This document shows, piece after piece, positions 46,360-56,313 of a stretch of DNA of 62,789 nt. Origin of the DNA: Desulfurivibrionaceae bacterium. Its GTDB lineage: Bacteria; Desulfobacterota; Desulfobulbia; Desulfobulbales; JAGXFP01. The notes under the pieces were generated by a model. It was not told the origin of the DNA and made no database searches. It was given only the letters and a program-made list of their open reading frames with translations. Within the stretch, counting starts at the first letter, position 1. Each line of letters opens with the position of its first letter. The DNA lies in the NCBI GenBank assembly GCA_046484585.1, contig JAWOIQ010000025.1, forward strand, positions 1-62,789, in the 5' to 3' direction. Both the position numbers and the translations under genes were made by a program.

Positions 46360-47628
46360 ATGGTTTTCCAGAAACTGCTGCTCCTGATCATGGCCTTGCT
46401 CGGCACCCCGATCTTCGTGATCATTGCCGCCTTCGCCCTGCTCTCCTTCCACTCGATCGGGGTGGACAGCTCGGTGATCATAATCGAGATGTCCCGGCTG
46501 GCCGAAACCCCCATGCTGCTCTCCCTGCCGCTATTTATTTTCGCGGGCACCTTGCTTTCGGACAGCAATGCCCCCCGGCGGATGCTGAACATTTCCCAGG
46601 TGCTGCTGGGCTGGATGCCCGGCGGCCTGGCGGTAATCGCGCTGTTGATCTGCGCCCTTTTCACCGCCTTTACCGGCGCCTCGGGGGTAACGATCTTCGC
46701 CCTCGGCGGCATCCTTTTCCCCTCCCTGCTCAAGGATAATTACCCGGAAAACTTCTCCCTCGGCCTGGTAACCACCACCGGCAGTCTCGGCCTGCTCTTC
46801 CCGCCGAGTCTGCCCCTGATTATCTACGGAGTTATTTCCGAAACGAGAATCGACCAGCTTTTCCTGGCCGGAATCCTGCCGGGCATCCTGATGCTGGTCC
46901 TTCTGGCCGGCTACAGCATTTACAAGGGGAGACACGTCCGCAACCGGGAATTTTCCTTCTCCGGGCCGGACATCAAAAAAGCGCTGCGGGAAGCCGCCTG
47001 GGAAATTCCCTTGCCCTTTATCATCCTGGGCGGAATCTACGGCGGGATATTCGTGGTCGGAGAGGCGGCGGCGGTTACCGCCCTCTACGTGCTGATTGTC
47101 GAGGTCTTCATCTATCGGGATATCAAGTTAGGCCAGCTTGCGCCGATCATAGTCAAGAGCATGATCCTGTTCGGCGGCATTCTGGTGGTGCTGGCCGCCT
47201 CGATGGCCTCCACCAACTACCTGATCGACCAGGAAATCCCCGGCCAGCTCTTCGAGTTGATCAGGCAATACGTGCACAACAAGTATGCCTTCCTGCTGAT
47301 GCTGAATATCTTCTTGCTGATCGTGGGCACCATGCTGGACATCTTCTCGGCCCTGGTCCTGATCGTGCCCCTGATCGTCCCGATTGCCCAGCTTTACGGG
47401 GTTGACCTCGTCCACCTGGGCATCATTTTCCTGACCAATCTTCAGATCGGCTACTGCACCCCGCCGGTGGGGATCAACCTCTTTCTGGCCAGCTACCGGT
47501 TCAACCGGCCGGTCACCACGCTCTACTCAGCCAGCCTGCCTTTTCTGGCCCTGTTGCTCATCACCCTGGCGATCATCACCTATTTCCCGCTGCTGAGCCT
47601 CTATCTGGTCAAGCTCTGGGGTTCCTGA
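46360..47628 (+). CDS. dctM: TRAP transporter large permease (DctM family)
   Basis: Polytopic membrane protein of 422 aa. Confidence 0.85.
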   Translation: MVFQKLLLLIMALLGTPIFVIIAAFALLSFHSIGVDSSVIIIEMSRLAETPMLLSLPLFIFAGTLLSDSNAPRRMLNISQVLLGWMPGGLAVIALLICALFTAFTGASGVTIFALGGILFPSLLKDNYPENFSLGLVTTTGSLGLLFPPSLPLIIYGVISETRIDQLFLAGILPGILMLVLLAGYSIYKGRHVRNREFSFSGPDIKKALREAAWEIPLPFIILGGIYGGIFVVGEAAAVTALYVLIVEVFIYRDIKLGQLAPIIVKSMILFGGILVVLAASMASTNYLIDQEIPGQLFELIRQYVHNKYAFLLMLNIFLLIVGTMLDIFSALVLIVPLIVPIAQLYGVDLVHLGIIFLTNLQIGYCTPPVGINLFLASYRFNRPVTTLYSASLPFLALLLITLAIITYFPLLSLYLVKLWGS

Positions 47629-47631
47629 ATC

Positions 47632-47787
47632 GTAACCGTTCACCGTGCCGATCTCCAAAGTACCCAAAACCGCCGGACTGTAACCGTTCAGCAGTGGTGC
47701 AGATTTGGACAAGCGGACCGGCGCCGCGTACCTCGTGTACGTAAGCCGGGCCGATCGTCCGAAGATGTGGTGCTGCTGAACGGTTAC
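47632..47787 (-). mobile_element. MITE family A copy 3 (156 bp), TSD CCTGAATC (47624-47631 and 47788-47795)
   Basis: Reverse orientation with perfect 8-bp flanking repeats. The left TSD contains the dctM stop codon. Confidence 0.9.
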
Positions 47788-47810
47788 CCTGAATCCGATA
47801 AGTAAACACC

Positions 47811-48368
47811 TCAAGGCCGCTGCAAACCGCCCTCGACCCGGCTCCTCACCTCGGGGCCGGCCAGAATCTCGACCAGCTTCAAGGCGAAATCCATTGCCGT
47901 CCCCGGTCCCCTGGAGGTAATGATCCTGCCGTCGACCACCACCGGCTCCTCCCGGTAATCGATGCCGCTCAAGCACATCCCGTCCAGACAACCAGGATAG
48001 CTGGTCGCTTTTTTCCCCTCAAGGATCCCGGCCTTGCCGAGGACCATCGGCGCCGCGCAAATCGCCGCCACATAGAGATCCCGCCTTGCCCGCTCACGAA
48101 CCAGATCAATTATCCGCTCGTCCGCCATCAGATTATCGGTTCCGGGTTGGCCGCCGGGCAGAACGACAAGATCGTACTCTTCACGCAAGGCCCGATCAAG
48201 GGTCACATTGGGAACGATCACCGTGCCCCGGGCGCATTTAATCGGGACTAATTCGCCGGGTGCGGCAATTACCACCTCAAAACCGGCCCGCCTGAAGATA
48301 TTAACCAGAGTAACCGCCTCGAGCTCCTCACTTCCTTCCGCCATTGGAATCAACACTTTTACGGCCAT
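47811..48368 (-). CDS. DJ-1/PfpI family protein
   Basis: AAICAAP nucleophile-elbow Cys motif, 185 aa. Confidence 0.85.
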   Translation of the reverse strand: MAVKVLIPMAEGSEELEAVTLVNIFRRAGFEVVIAAPGELVPIKCARGTVIVPNVTLDRALREEYDLVVLPGGQPGTDNLMADERIIDLVRERARRDLYVAAICAAPMVLGKAGILEGKKATSYPGCLDGMCLSGIDYREEPVVVDGRIITSRGPGTAMDFALKLVEILAGPEVRSRVEGGLQRP

Positions 48369-48650
48369 TGCAAACCTCCTGATTAATTTTAGCAGCTAAC
48401 TTTTCTGCGTATGCAATTTCAAGGAACTCCCTCTTTCAAAAACCAAAACCCGCACTATTTGTTTCACCCGCTGCCAGCTCCTGCCTCCCACCCCTTCACT
48501 TTATTCCGTAGACCAATTTAGCATATACAGGCCCTTCCCTCAAAATAACTTGCCAATTATCATGGGGTTTCATAAGCTGGCAGAGAGGCCCCCCAACAAT
48601 AACAAACATCGACAGCGCAAATATCCCTTGATCTGTAAGGATTAAAAAGA

Positions 48651-49487
48651 ATGGATAACCGTTATCTGAAGAACATCATCCGCCAATTTCTGGCAGAGGA
48701 CATAGGCCAGGGCGATATTACCAGCGAACCGATATTTGATCCGGATCAGCGCAACAAGGCCTTTTTCGTGGCCAAGGATGAATTCATTTGCGCCGGCCTG
48801 ACCAGTATTGCCCCGATGGTTTTCAAATGCCAGAACGAAAACATCCTATGCGAGGGAATCGGCGACGGGACCATGGTAAAGAAGGGCGACACCCTCCTGA
48901 CCGCCACCGGGCCGATCCTCGATCTCCTCAAAGCGGAAAGAGTGACCTTGAACCTTGTGCAACGGTTATGCGGCATCGCCACCCTGACTAATAAATATGT
49001 AAAAACAGTCGAAGATCTGCCGGTCTCGGTGGTGGACACCCGCAAGACCACCCCCGGCCTAAGGTCCCTTGAAAAATACGCGGTCCGGGTCGGCGGCGGC
49101 CATAATCACCGGATGAGTTTAGCCGACGGCATCCTGATCAAGGACAACCATATCGAGGCCTGCGGCTCGCTCATCCTGGCGGTGGAAAAAGTCAGGGCCC
49201 AGGCCCCCCATACCCTGAAGGTGGAAGTAGAGTGCGAGAATCTTGAACAGGTCGGGGAATGCCTGGAGTGCGGGGTGGAAGTGATCATGCTCGACAATAT
49301 GGCACTCGATGAAATGCGCCTGGCGGTAGAACTTGTCAACAGCAGGGCAATAGTTGAGGCTTCCGGCGGAGTCAGGCTCGACAACATCCGGGCGATCGCC
49401 GAAACCGGGGTGGACATAATCTCGGTGGGCGCCCTCACCCACTCCGCCCCGGCCTGCGATATCAGCATGCGGCTGATTTCGGCCTGA
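48651..49487 (+). CDS. nadC: nicotinate-nucleotide pyrophosphorylase (carboxylating), paralogue 1
   Basis: ERVTLNLVQRLCGIAT, VDTRKTTPGLR and IMLDNM motifs. Confidence 0.9.
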   Translation: MDNRYLKNIIRQFLAEDIGQGDITSEPIFDPDQRNKAFFVAKDEFICAGLTSIAPMVFKCQNENILCEGIGDGTMVKKGDTLLTATGPILDLLKAERVTLNLVQRLCGIATLTNKYVKTVEDLPVSVVDTRKTTPGLRSLEKYAVRVGGGHNHRMSLADGILIKDNHIEACGSLILAVEKVRAQAPHTLKVEVECENLEQVGECLECGVEVIMLDNMALDEMRLAVELVNSRAIVEASGGVRLDNIRAIAETGVDIISVGALTHSAPACDISMRLISA

Positions 49488-49574
49488 ATTCCTTCTGATA
49501 GCGGAAAACCGCAATGGTAAAAACCCTTGTCCGGGTTGACCCGAAAGCACACGATATTGCGGAGTTCTGCAAAA

Positions 49575-50177
49575 CTAGATGATTAAAGGCGCCGGCGATC
49601 CGGAGGCCAGCAGTTCCGTCAAACGTTCGGCGGACTGCACCCCGGCCGCCAGCACCGTCCCTTCGGAAACAAAGGCCGGCACCGCCTTGACCCCGATATT
49701 CATCGCCTCCTCCTCATCGGCCACCACCTGAAGGGTGAACTCATGACCGGCCAGCGAGTTCTTAAGGGCCTCGCCGTCCATCCCCAGATCAACAGCCAGC
49801 TTCACCAGCACGCCGATCTTGTTGATATCGAGATCGAATTGGAAAAAGGCCCTGAAAACGGCGAAATGGAATTCGGCAAACCGGTCATAGGTCCCCGCCC
49901 ACTTGGATGCCTCATGGGCTCTCCGGGAACGGGTCTGGATCGACGGCAACCTCATTTCAATCCCCATCTTTTCCGCCAGGGGATAGACATGGTTTCGCCA
50001 GGCCGAGGTCAGGTAATCGCCTTGCGGGTCAAGGAGTTCCACGGGCTCGGGCCGCAGCTCAAAGGCCCGCCACCGGACCATGAATTCGGGGTCCCGGCTG
50101 GTGAGTTTCGCGAGAGCCGGCTCCGCCAGCCAACAGAACGGTCAGAGATAGTCGGAAAAGACGTCAAGAATCTTCAT
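49575..50177 (-). CDS. DsbA/FrnE-like thiol-disulfide oxidoreductase selenoprotein (Sec at TGA 50142-50144)
   Basis: An in-frame extension of the track ORF gives MKILDVFSDYL-U-PFCWLAEPALAKLTSRDPEF-MVRWRAFEL... The UxxC lies where DsbA-family proteins have CPWC. A GGAGAG SD sits 4 nt before ATG 50177. Confidence 0.75.
50096..50131 (-). promoter_or_regulatory. candidate SECIS hairpin of the DsbA-like gene
   Basis: GGCUGG...CCAGCC outer stem with an inner GGAG-CCGG-CUCU stem, starting 10 nt after the UGA. Confidence 0.45.
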
Positions 50178-50209
50178 GATCTCTCCAGGGAACATAGCGC
50201 CCGCAAGGA

Positions 50210-50473
50210 TTACTCATTTGCAGGATTGATTGGGGTTACGGCCCGGCCAGGGTATTTTGAGCGCTTTTTGCGTAAAACTTCTATATGCCTCATCTCGCCG
50301 CACTTAGGGCAAAAGGAGATGACGCCGCTGTTTTTCCCAACCCTTTTTTTGAAAAGAACCTGATGACATTTACCACAAAAAACGATTTCGCATCTGTTAC
50401 ATCTGATAAAGTCGGATTTGTGCGAACAAGTTAAAAAATAAGAATTAAATCGCGCTGAGGTCATCTCGCTCAC
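50210..50473 (-). CDS. small zinc-ribbon protein
   Basis: CNRC...CGKC...CPKC motifs, 87 aa, 33 nt upstream of the DsbA-like gene. Confidence 0.45.
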   Translation of the reverse strand: MSEMTSARFNSYFLTCSHKSDFIRCNRCEIVFCGKCHQVLFKKRVGKNSGVISFCPKCGEMRHIEVLRKKRSKYPGRAVTPINPANE

Positions 50474-50950
50474 CCGTTAGATCTCATCCCCTCTTTCTGA
50501 GTTTATAACGAGTTGCGCGTCGAAGTCAAGGCGCCCATCACACTGTAATTACGTAATAATACAAATTTCATGATTTTAACAATGATAATGAGGAAAAGTT
50601 CAAAAATGATGTTGAGAAGTGATCGTTTCGGATCATTGACTAAAAGAGGAGATTTAAAGAGGTCGGAGGACAGGCGATTACGGGGAAACAACAGCGCCAT
50701 GAAACCTTAAATCAGTGCTCTACTCTATCCTCTTCTAATCTACCATTATGGAAACACCGTTGCATTTCGACCATCCCCTTTTCATTTGCCCCCTTTTTAT
50801 TATACATTCATGGCAGGAGTAGATAACGAGGAGAAGAGTCCCTAGCCTGTCATTTTAGCATAAATCCAGGGCGGGGCCGGGGTGCCGGACTGACATTTCT
50901 CATTGTCCTTGCTAATTTGGCTTCATGTGAAAACCAGGGAGTATTAGTAA

Positions 50951-53104
50951 ATGATTGCTGGCAATGTATTCGTGGAAATAGCCGCTATTTTGGGACTTGC
51001 GACTTTGACCGGAATCATAGGGCAGAAATTGCGGCAGCCATTGGTCATCATGTTTTTGGCAACGGGCATTCTGGCCGGTCCTTCGCTTCTTGGCATCATA
51101 CACAGTTATGAGCAGATTGAGCTTCTGGCTCATATCGGCATAGCCCTTTTGTTGTTTATCGTTGGGCTTAAACTCGATCTGAATCTGATTCGAACCACCG
51201 GTCCGGTTGCCTTGGCGACTGGCCTTGGACAGATCGTTTTTACGTCGGTTATCGGATTTGTCATTGCCATTGCCATGGACATGTCATATCTCAGTGCGGC
51301 TTATGTTGCGGTGGCGCTTACTTTTTCAAGTACGATCATCATCGTAAAGCTCCTGTCCGACAAAAAAGAAATCGACTCTCTTCATGGGCAGATTGCTCTT
51401 GGATTTCTGATTGTTCAGGATATCGCCGCCATTTTGGCTCTGGTCGGCCTGACGACATTGGGGGCATCTGTTAGCGGGGAGGGTTCGGGATATCTCTCGT
51501 TTCTGATGATCGGCGCAAAAGGTGTGGGACTGTTGGGCGCGGTTGCCCTGCTGATGAAATATGTCATTCCTTACCTGACCCAGCGTCTCGCGCATTCGCT
51601 GGAACTGTTGACTCTATTCGCAATCGCATGGGCGGTCCTTCTCGGAGCGGGCAGTGAGCTGCTGGGATTCAGTAAGGAGGTCGGCGCATTTCTGGCCGGT
51701 GTCTCACTGGCGTCCACTGCCTTCAGGGATTCGATTGGCGCGCGGCTCACAGGCCTTCGGGATTTTCTTCTTCTGTTTTTTTTCATCGATCTTGGAGCAC
51801 GATTGGATTGGTCCATGGTGGGCTCGCAATTGGGCACATCGCTTGTTTTCTCCATCTTTGTGCTCGTCGGCAACCCGCTCATTGTTCTGATAATCATGGG
51901 AGTCATGGGATATCGCCGCCGCACCAGTTTTCTCGCCGGTCTCACGGTGGCCCAAATCAGCGAATTTTCGCTTATTGTAGCGGCCTTGGGGCTGAGTATC
52001 GGCCACATTACCGAAGAAACGATGGGGCTGATCACCCTCGTGGGTGTTGTGACCATATTCCTGTCCACCTACATGATCCTCTATTCCTATCCGCTTTATC
52101 GTGCTCTATCCTCCCCATTGAAGATTTTCGAAAGGCGCAATCCTTACCGGGAGGCGGACATAGACACCTTCACGGAAACGGGAGCAGTCGACGTCATTTT
52201 AGTGGGATTGGGTAATTATGGCAGCGGGCTGATGGAAAACCTTCTCCGGCGAAAAAATGCCATCGTGGGGATCGACTTCGACCCCGGCACTTTGGATATG
52301 TGGCGCAAGAAAGGCGTGCCTGTTCTTTACGGGGATATGGCTGACCCGGAGATGCATGAGCAATTGCCGTTGAAAAAGGCACGATGGGTTATCAGCGCCG
52401 TTCGTTCCAAAGAGATGAATTTGGCACTTATCCATAATCTCAAGAAGGACGGTTATACTGGAAAGGTGGCCTTGACGGCGACAAACAGCCAAGAAGCCGC
52501 TGAGTTCGAAAAAGCCGGCGCCAATTTGATATTTCGGCCTTTTCAGGATGCAACGGAACAAGCGGCCGACGCGTTGACTTATGCGATGGACTTCCTTCCG
52601 GAAAGCGTTGATTGGCCTGTCTCATTTCTCGAGTTGCGTATTCGTTCGGATGCTTCGGCCGCCGGGCAGACCATACGAGAACTCCCGTTATCGGCTTTGG
52701 GAATATCTATTCTGGCGGTCAGTCGAGGAGGGCGCACCTTTTATGAACCGAAGCCGGATTTCAGGATTTTCCCGGCCGATCGGCTACTCCTTATGGGAAA
52801 TCCGGCTGGCTTGAAAGATGCTGAAAACATACTGAATCAGCTTGAAGCGCAGAGAGACTTAGAAGACACAGACCGCTTTGACATCGCCGAAATCAAGGTG
52901 GCGGAGGATTCGGGCTTTTCAGGCAAGTCTTTGGCAGAGCTTCATTTTCGACAAACGTTCGGCACGACCCTGGTCGGCATACGCAGAGGCCCGAATCAGA
53001 TCACGACGATCAACCCTGCGGAGCGCCTGCAGGGGGGGGATTGTCTAATCGTTATCGGCAAGTCGAGCGCTATCAAAAAACTCAAGAACCGGGCCCCTGT
53101 TTAG
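50951..53104 (+). CDS. CPA2 (Kef-type) cation:proton antiporter with RCK N and C domains
   Basis: N-terminal 12-13 TM Na_H_exchanger region, a TrkA-N region (VILVGLGNYGSG) and a TrkA-C region. Confidence 0.85.
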   Translation: MIAGNVFVEIAAILGLATLTGIIGQKLRQPLVIMFLATGILAGPSLLGIIHSYEQIELLAHIGIALLLFIVGLKLDLNLIRTTGPVALATGLGQIVFTSVIGFVIAIAMDMSYLSAAYVAVALTFSSTIIIVKLLSDKKEIDSLHGQIALGFLIVQDIAAILALVGLTTLGASVSGEGSGYLSFLMIGAKGVGLLGAVALLMKYVIPYLTQRLAHSLELLTLFAIAWAVLLGAGSELLGFSKEVGAFLAGVSLASTAFRDSIGARLTGLRDFLLLFFFIDLGARLDWSMVGSQLGTSLVFSIFVLVGNPLIVLIIMGVMGYRRRTSFLAGLTVAQISEFSLIVAALGLSIGHITEETMGLITLVGVVTIFLSTYMILYSYPLYRALSSPLKIFERRNPYREADIDTFTETGAVDVILVGLGNYGSGLMENLLRRKNAIVGIDFDPGTLDMWRKKGVPVLYGDMADPEMHEQLPLKKARWVISAVRSKEMNLALIHNLKKDGYTGKVALTATNSQEAAEFEKAGANLIFRPFQDATEQAADALTYAMDFLPESVDWPVSFLELRIRSDASAAGQTIRELPLSALGISILAVSRGGRTFYEPKPDFRIFPADRLLLMGNPAGLKDAENILNQLEAQRDLEDTDRFDIAEIKVAEDSGFSGKSLAELHFRQTFGTTLVGIRRGPNQITTINPAERLQGGDCLIVIGKSSAIKKLKNRAPV

Positions 53105-53146
53105 CGGCGCGCATGTCACTCAACAGACAGACGTACGAGGTGATCC

Positions 53147-54121
53147 ATGAAACGTTTCAAAAACATACTCTATGTGAACGAACCAACCGCAGACCAGGAA
53201 TCGACGATTGCGCGTACGGTCTCACTGGCGGTAAACAATCAGGCCGGCCTGACGATTGTTGATGTAATCCCGACTCAGATCATCACGGCAGGTATCGGCC
53301 TGCCGCCGGAAGGCCCGTTATCCAACGATCTGCGAGCGGCCGTAAAAGCAGATCATCGCAAGGCGATGGAATCTATGGTTCAATCCTTCAACGAACGTCT
53401 GCAAATCCGGCTGGAAGTACTGGTTGGGAAAACGTACCTTGAGGCGATTCGAGCAGTATTGAAAAATGGGTATGATCTGCTCATCAAACCAGCGGAAAAT
53501 CCAACCTGGACGAACAGGCTGTTCGGCAGTGATGACCTGCATCTTCTCCGAAAATGTCCCTGCCCGGTCTGGCTCATGAAGGCACAAGAGAAATCAAATT
53601 ACAACAGCATCCTGGCGGCTGTCGATTTCGAGCTGTTGACCCCCACGCCTTCAGCGCATGATCTCAACCGCGAAATTTTGGAACTCGCCGCATCACTGGC
53701 ATTTTCCGACTTTGCGTCCTTGCACATTGTTCACGCCTGGGAAGCCCTTGCTGAGGGAATGTTAGTGTCAAGAGGCGACATGTCGCCGGCAGGCGTGATT
53801 AATTACGTTGAAAAAGAGAAGGCACTCCACAGGAAAGGACTTCACATGCTGGCCGAGGAACTGCGCGGATGGATCGGCAAGGATGTTTATGATTATCTCT
53901 CGCCTGTGTTTCACCTGCCACGGGGACCGGCAAAAAAAGTGATCGCGCCACTGGTGACTGAATTGCAGGCGGATCTTGTCGTCATGGGGACGGTTGCCCG
54001 TACCGGCATATCAGGACTGATCATCGGCAATACCGCAGAAGTCATTCTCGATCAGCTTGCGTGCTCGGTTCTTGCTATAAAGCCTCCTGGGTTTAAGACG
54101 CCGGTGAAATTTGATGAATGA
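53147..54121 (+). CDS. tandem universal stress protein (UspA) domain protein
   Basis: Two Usp domains. C-terminal LVVMGTVARTGISGLIIGNTAE motif. Confidence 0.8.
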   Translation: MKRFKNILYVNEPTADQESTIARTVSLAVNNQAGLTIVDVIPTQIITAGIGLPPEGPLSNDLRAAVKADHRKAMESMVQSFNERLQIRLEVLVGKTYLEAIRAVLKNGYDLLIKPAENPTWTNRLFGSDDLHLLRKCPCPVWLMKAQEKSNYNSILAAVDFELLTPTPSAHDLNREILELAASLAFSDFASLHIVHAWEALAEGMLVSRGDMSPAGVINYVEKEKALHRKGLHMLAEELRGWIGKDVYDYLSPVFHLPRGPAKKVIAPLVTELQADLVVMGTVARTGISGLIIGNTAEVILDQLACSVLAIKPPGFKTPVKFDE

Positions 54122-54360
54122 TGCTTTTTGTGTATTCTGTTGTGGCTGTCATAAAGTCAGAATGATCATATGACAATAAACATGATTTGGCAATCGATTC
54201 ATTTGTGGGTATATTGCAATTACGCCAATCACAGCATGAACTCGGACCGGGAAACAGAAGCTCCGCTTCTTTTTGCAACTGTTTCCCGGCCGTTTATGCT
54301 GAACGCTGTGCGCAAGAAACAGGCAGAATTGGTTGTTTCAGTCAGACAGTTGTTCAATTT

Positions 54361-54636
54361 TTACAACAGAGAAACATGTATTTTCCGCCCCAAAGCCTTG
54401 GCAAACTTTTCGAGCGTTGACAGACGGATATCAGTGGCATGATTTTCCATACGAGAAACAACAGATTTCGTTGTCTTTAAACTTTTTGCAATCTGTTCCT
54501 GGGTCAGGCCGGATTCAAGGCGGGCTTGTTTTAACATGACACCAAGTTTAAAAGTTTCAAGACGTTCGTCGTAGCCTGACCAAAATTTGGGGTCTTGTTC
54601 AGCTCGCTTTTTTTTATATTTTTGGAAATCGCTCAT
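54361..54636 (-). CDS. higA: XRE-family HTH antitoxin (HigA-like)
   Basis: GLTQEQIAKSLKTTKSVVSRMEN HTH motif. The start is taken at MSDFQKY. Confidence 0.7.
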   Translation of the reverse strand: MSDFQKYKKKRAEQDPKFWSGYDERLETFKLGVMLKQARLESGLTQEQIAKSLKTTKSVVSRMENHATDIRLSTLEKFAKALGRKIHVSLL

Positions 54637-54757
54637 TTTTTTCCTTTCGGCTATAATAATCCTGTTTACGTTTTTCAGCAGTGGCAATTTCCTTTTGAGG
54701 AATCTTTTGAGATTTTTTGGTGAAAGCATGATTGGAAGTTAGCATATATGCGAACAT
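54614..54757 (-). pseudogene. 5'-truncated HigB/Gp49-like toxin remnant
   Basis: The frame overlapping the higA start reads ...LTSNHAFTKKSQKIPQKEIATAEKRKQDYY..., the conserved C-terminal block of Gp49-type toxins. A TGA lies immediately upstream of the 47-codon remnant. Confidence 0.5.
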
Positions 54758-54933
54758 GCTTCAAGGGGTTTATTATAAAAAAACGCGCAACATGACATTG
54801 AACGCAGACGGCTAAATGCGGGGCGGTTCGAACATTATCGCCGTTTACACTGTTTCCAATCTGCCGGTAGGCGGCACTTCTCTATCCGCCGCTGGTTAGT
54901 TCGGCGCTATGCGCCTTACGGAGATAAAATTTT

Positions 54934-55278
54934 ATGGCATTTAAAGATCTTGAAATTAAAAGAATTGATAAATTAATCGGAGAGAGATTCAGGAATCGAG
55001 TTCCACCTGAAATTCATAACAAATTACGTAACGAAGTTCGCATTGAAAATCATGATGTTATAATATCTGAGGTTCGGCCACGCTGGGACAAGCCTGATGA
55101 ATGGCTTTCTTTGGATTTTGCAAAATTGAAGTACATACGGAGTAAGAATATCTGGAAGCTTTACTGGAAACGGGCGAGCGGTAAATGGAAGCTTTACGAA
55201 CCCAAAGGTGAAGCTAAAGACCTAAAAATATTAGCCGATGTAATAGACCAAGACAAATTCGGTTGTTTCTTTGGATAG
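54934..55278 (+). CDS. DUF3024-like protein
   Basis: RPRWDKPDEW...WKLYWKRASGKWKLYEP pattern, 114 aa. Confidence 0.6.
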   Translation: MAFKDLEIKRIDKLIGERFRNRVPPEIHNKLRNEVRIENHDVIISEVRPRWDKPDEWLSLDFAKLKYIRSKNIWKLYWKRASGKWKLYEPKGEAKDLKILADVIDQDKFGCFFG

Positions 55279-55347
55279 GCGGCACATAACCAGTCCGCAA
55301 AGCTTGATCTATTGATCGATGAAAACCTCGTGTCTGTTGCGTGATGA

Positions 55348-56313
55348 CTACCGGATAACGACTTTCAGGTACAGATCCCCCCTCTGCCCGTCAGGCATGA
55401 TCTTTCCCAGTCCAGTGAGCCGGAGCAGTGTTCCCTCTTTTGCACCGGCAGGAACCGATACCTGGAAAAACCGGTTATGAAATCCCCAGGGGATGTTTAC
55501 TGTTTTATGGGTTCCGGCCATGGCTTCATAGGTGCTTATCACAATAGATCCATACATATGCGAAGAGTCACTCTGATCTTTCGGCCGAATAACCTGAAGA
55601 CGATCTGTTTTTTTCCGGGTTGTGGCGGCACTGATGCTTTTCACCGCCCCTGCCCCGGGAACCGCCTGAAAAACCTTTAAAAAAATGATTCCAAAAATAA
55701 ATCCGCCGATATGAGCCCACCACGCAATCCCGGTGGAACCCGCATGACTTCCGGCTGCATAGAGCATCTGCATCACAAACCAGATCCCAAGGAAAATAAA
55801 CGCCGGAATCTCAACCAGCCAGGGGATGATGATAATCGGTATCAGGGTGAGTATTCTGGATCCCGGATAAAGCAGGAAATAGGCACCCATCACTCCGGCA
55901 ATCGCTCCGCTCGCTCCTACAGTCGGAATATCGGAGTGGAGATTCAAAACAAGGTGAGACAGGCCGGAGGCGATTCCGCACAGCAGATAAAAAACAAAAT
56001 AGCGCAGATGCCCGAGGCTGTCCTCGACATTGTCGCCAAATATGTAAAGGGACCACATGTTGCCTAACAGGTGCCAGAATCCGCCGTGAAGGAACATGAA
56101 AGAGATCAGGGAAACGATCTGCTGAAATGATGTAAAATGAAATGAGATTTCCGGAATGGAATATCGCGCCGGCACCAGACCGTAAAAATAAAGAAATCGA
56201 ACCGGATCTCCCTGAAACATCTGCACAAGAAAAACAACCGCATTGATACCGATAATGGTATTGTTCACGACTGGATAATTTTTCGAGGGGACCGTGTCCC
56301 GAATCGGTATCAT
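55348..56313 (-). CDS. rhomboid family intramembrane serine protease with C-terminal DnaJ_C-like domain
   Basis: GASGAIAGVMG catalytic Ser motif and WWAHIGGF His motif. The C-terminal 80 aa resemble the DnaJ substrate-binding CTD (GDLYLKVVI). Confidence 0.75.
   Translation of the reverse strand: MIPIRDTVPSKNYPVVNNTIIGINAVVFLVQMFQGDPVRFLYFYGLVPARYSIPEISFHFTSFQQIVSLISFMFLHGGFWHLLGNMWSLYIFGDNVEDSLGHLRYFVFYLLCGIASGLSHLVLNLHSDIPTVGASGAIAGVMGAYFLLYPGSRILTLIPIIIIPWLVEIPAFIFLGIWFVMQMLYAAGSHAGSTGIAWWAHIGGFIFGIIFLKVFQAVPGAGAVKSISAATTRKKTDRLQVIRPKDQSDSSHMYGSIVISTYEAMAGTHKTVNIPWGFHNRFFQVSVPAGAKEGTLLRLTGLGKIMPDGQRGDLYLKVVIR

Noticed and set aside
50474-50950. c-di-AMP (ydaO-type) or other riboswitch ahead of the Kef-type transporter
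   Set aside because: The region is AT-rich and long. I found no convincing conserved pseudoknot or stem pattern by eye, so this remains unsupported.
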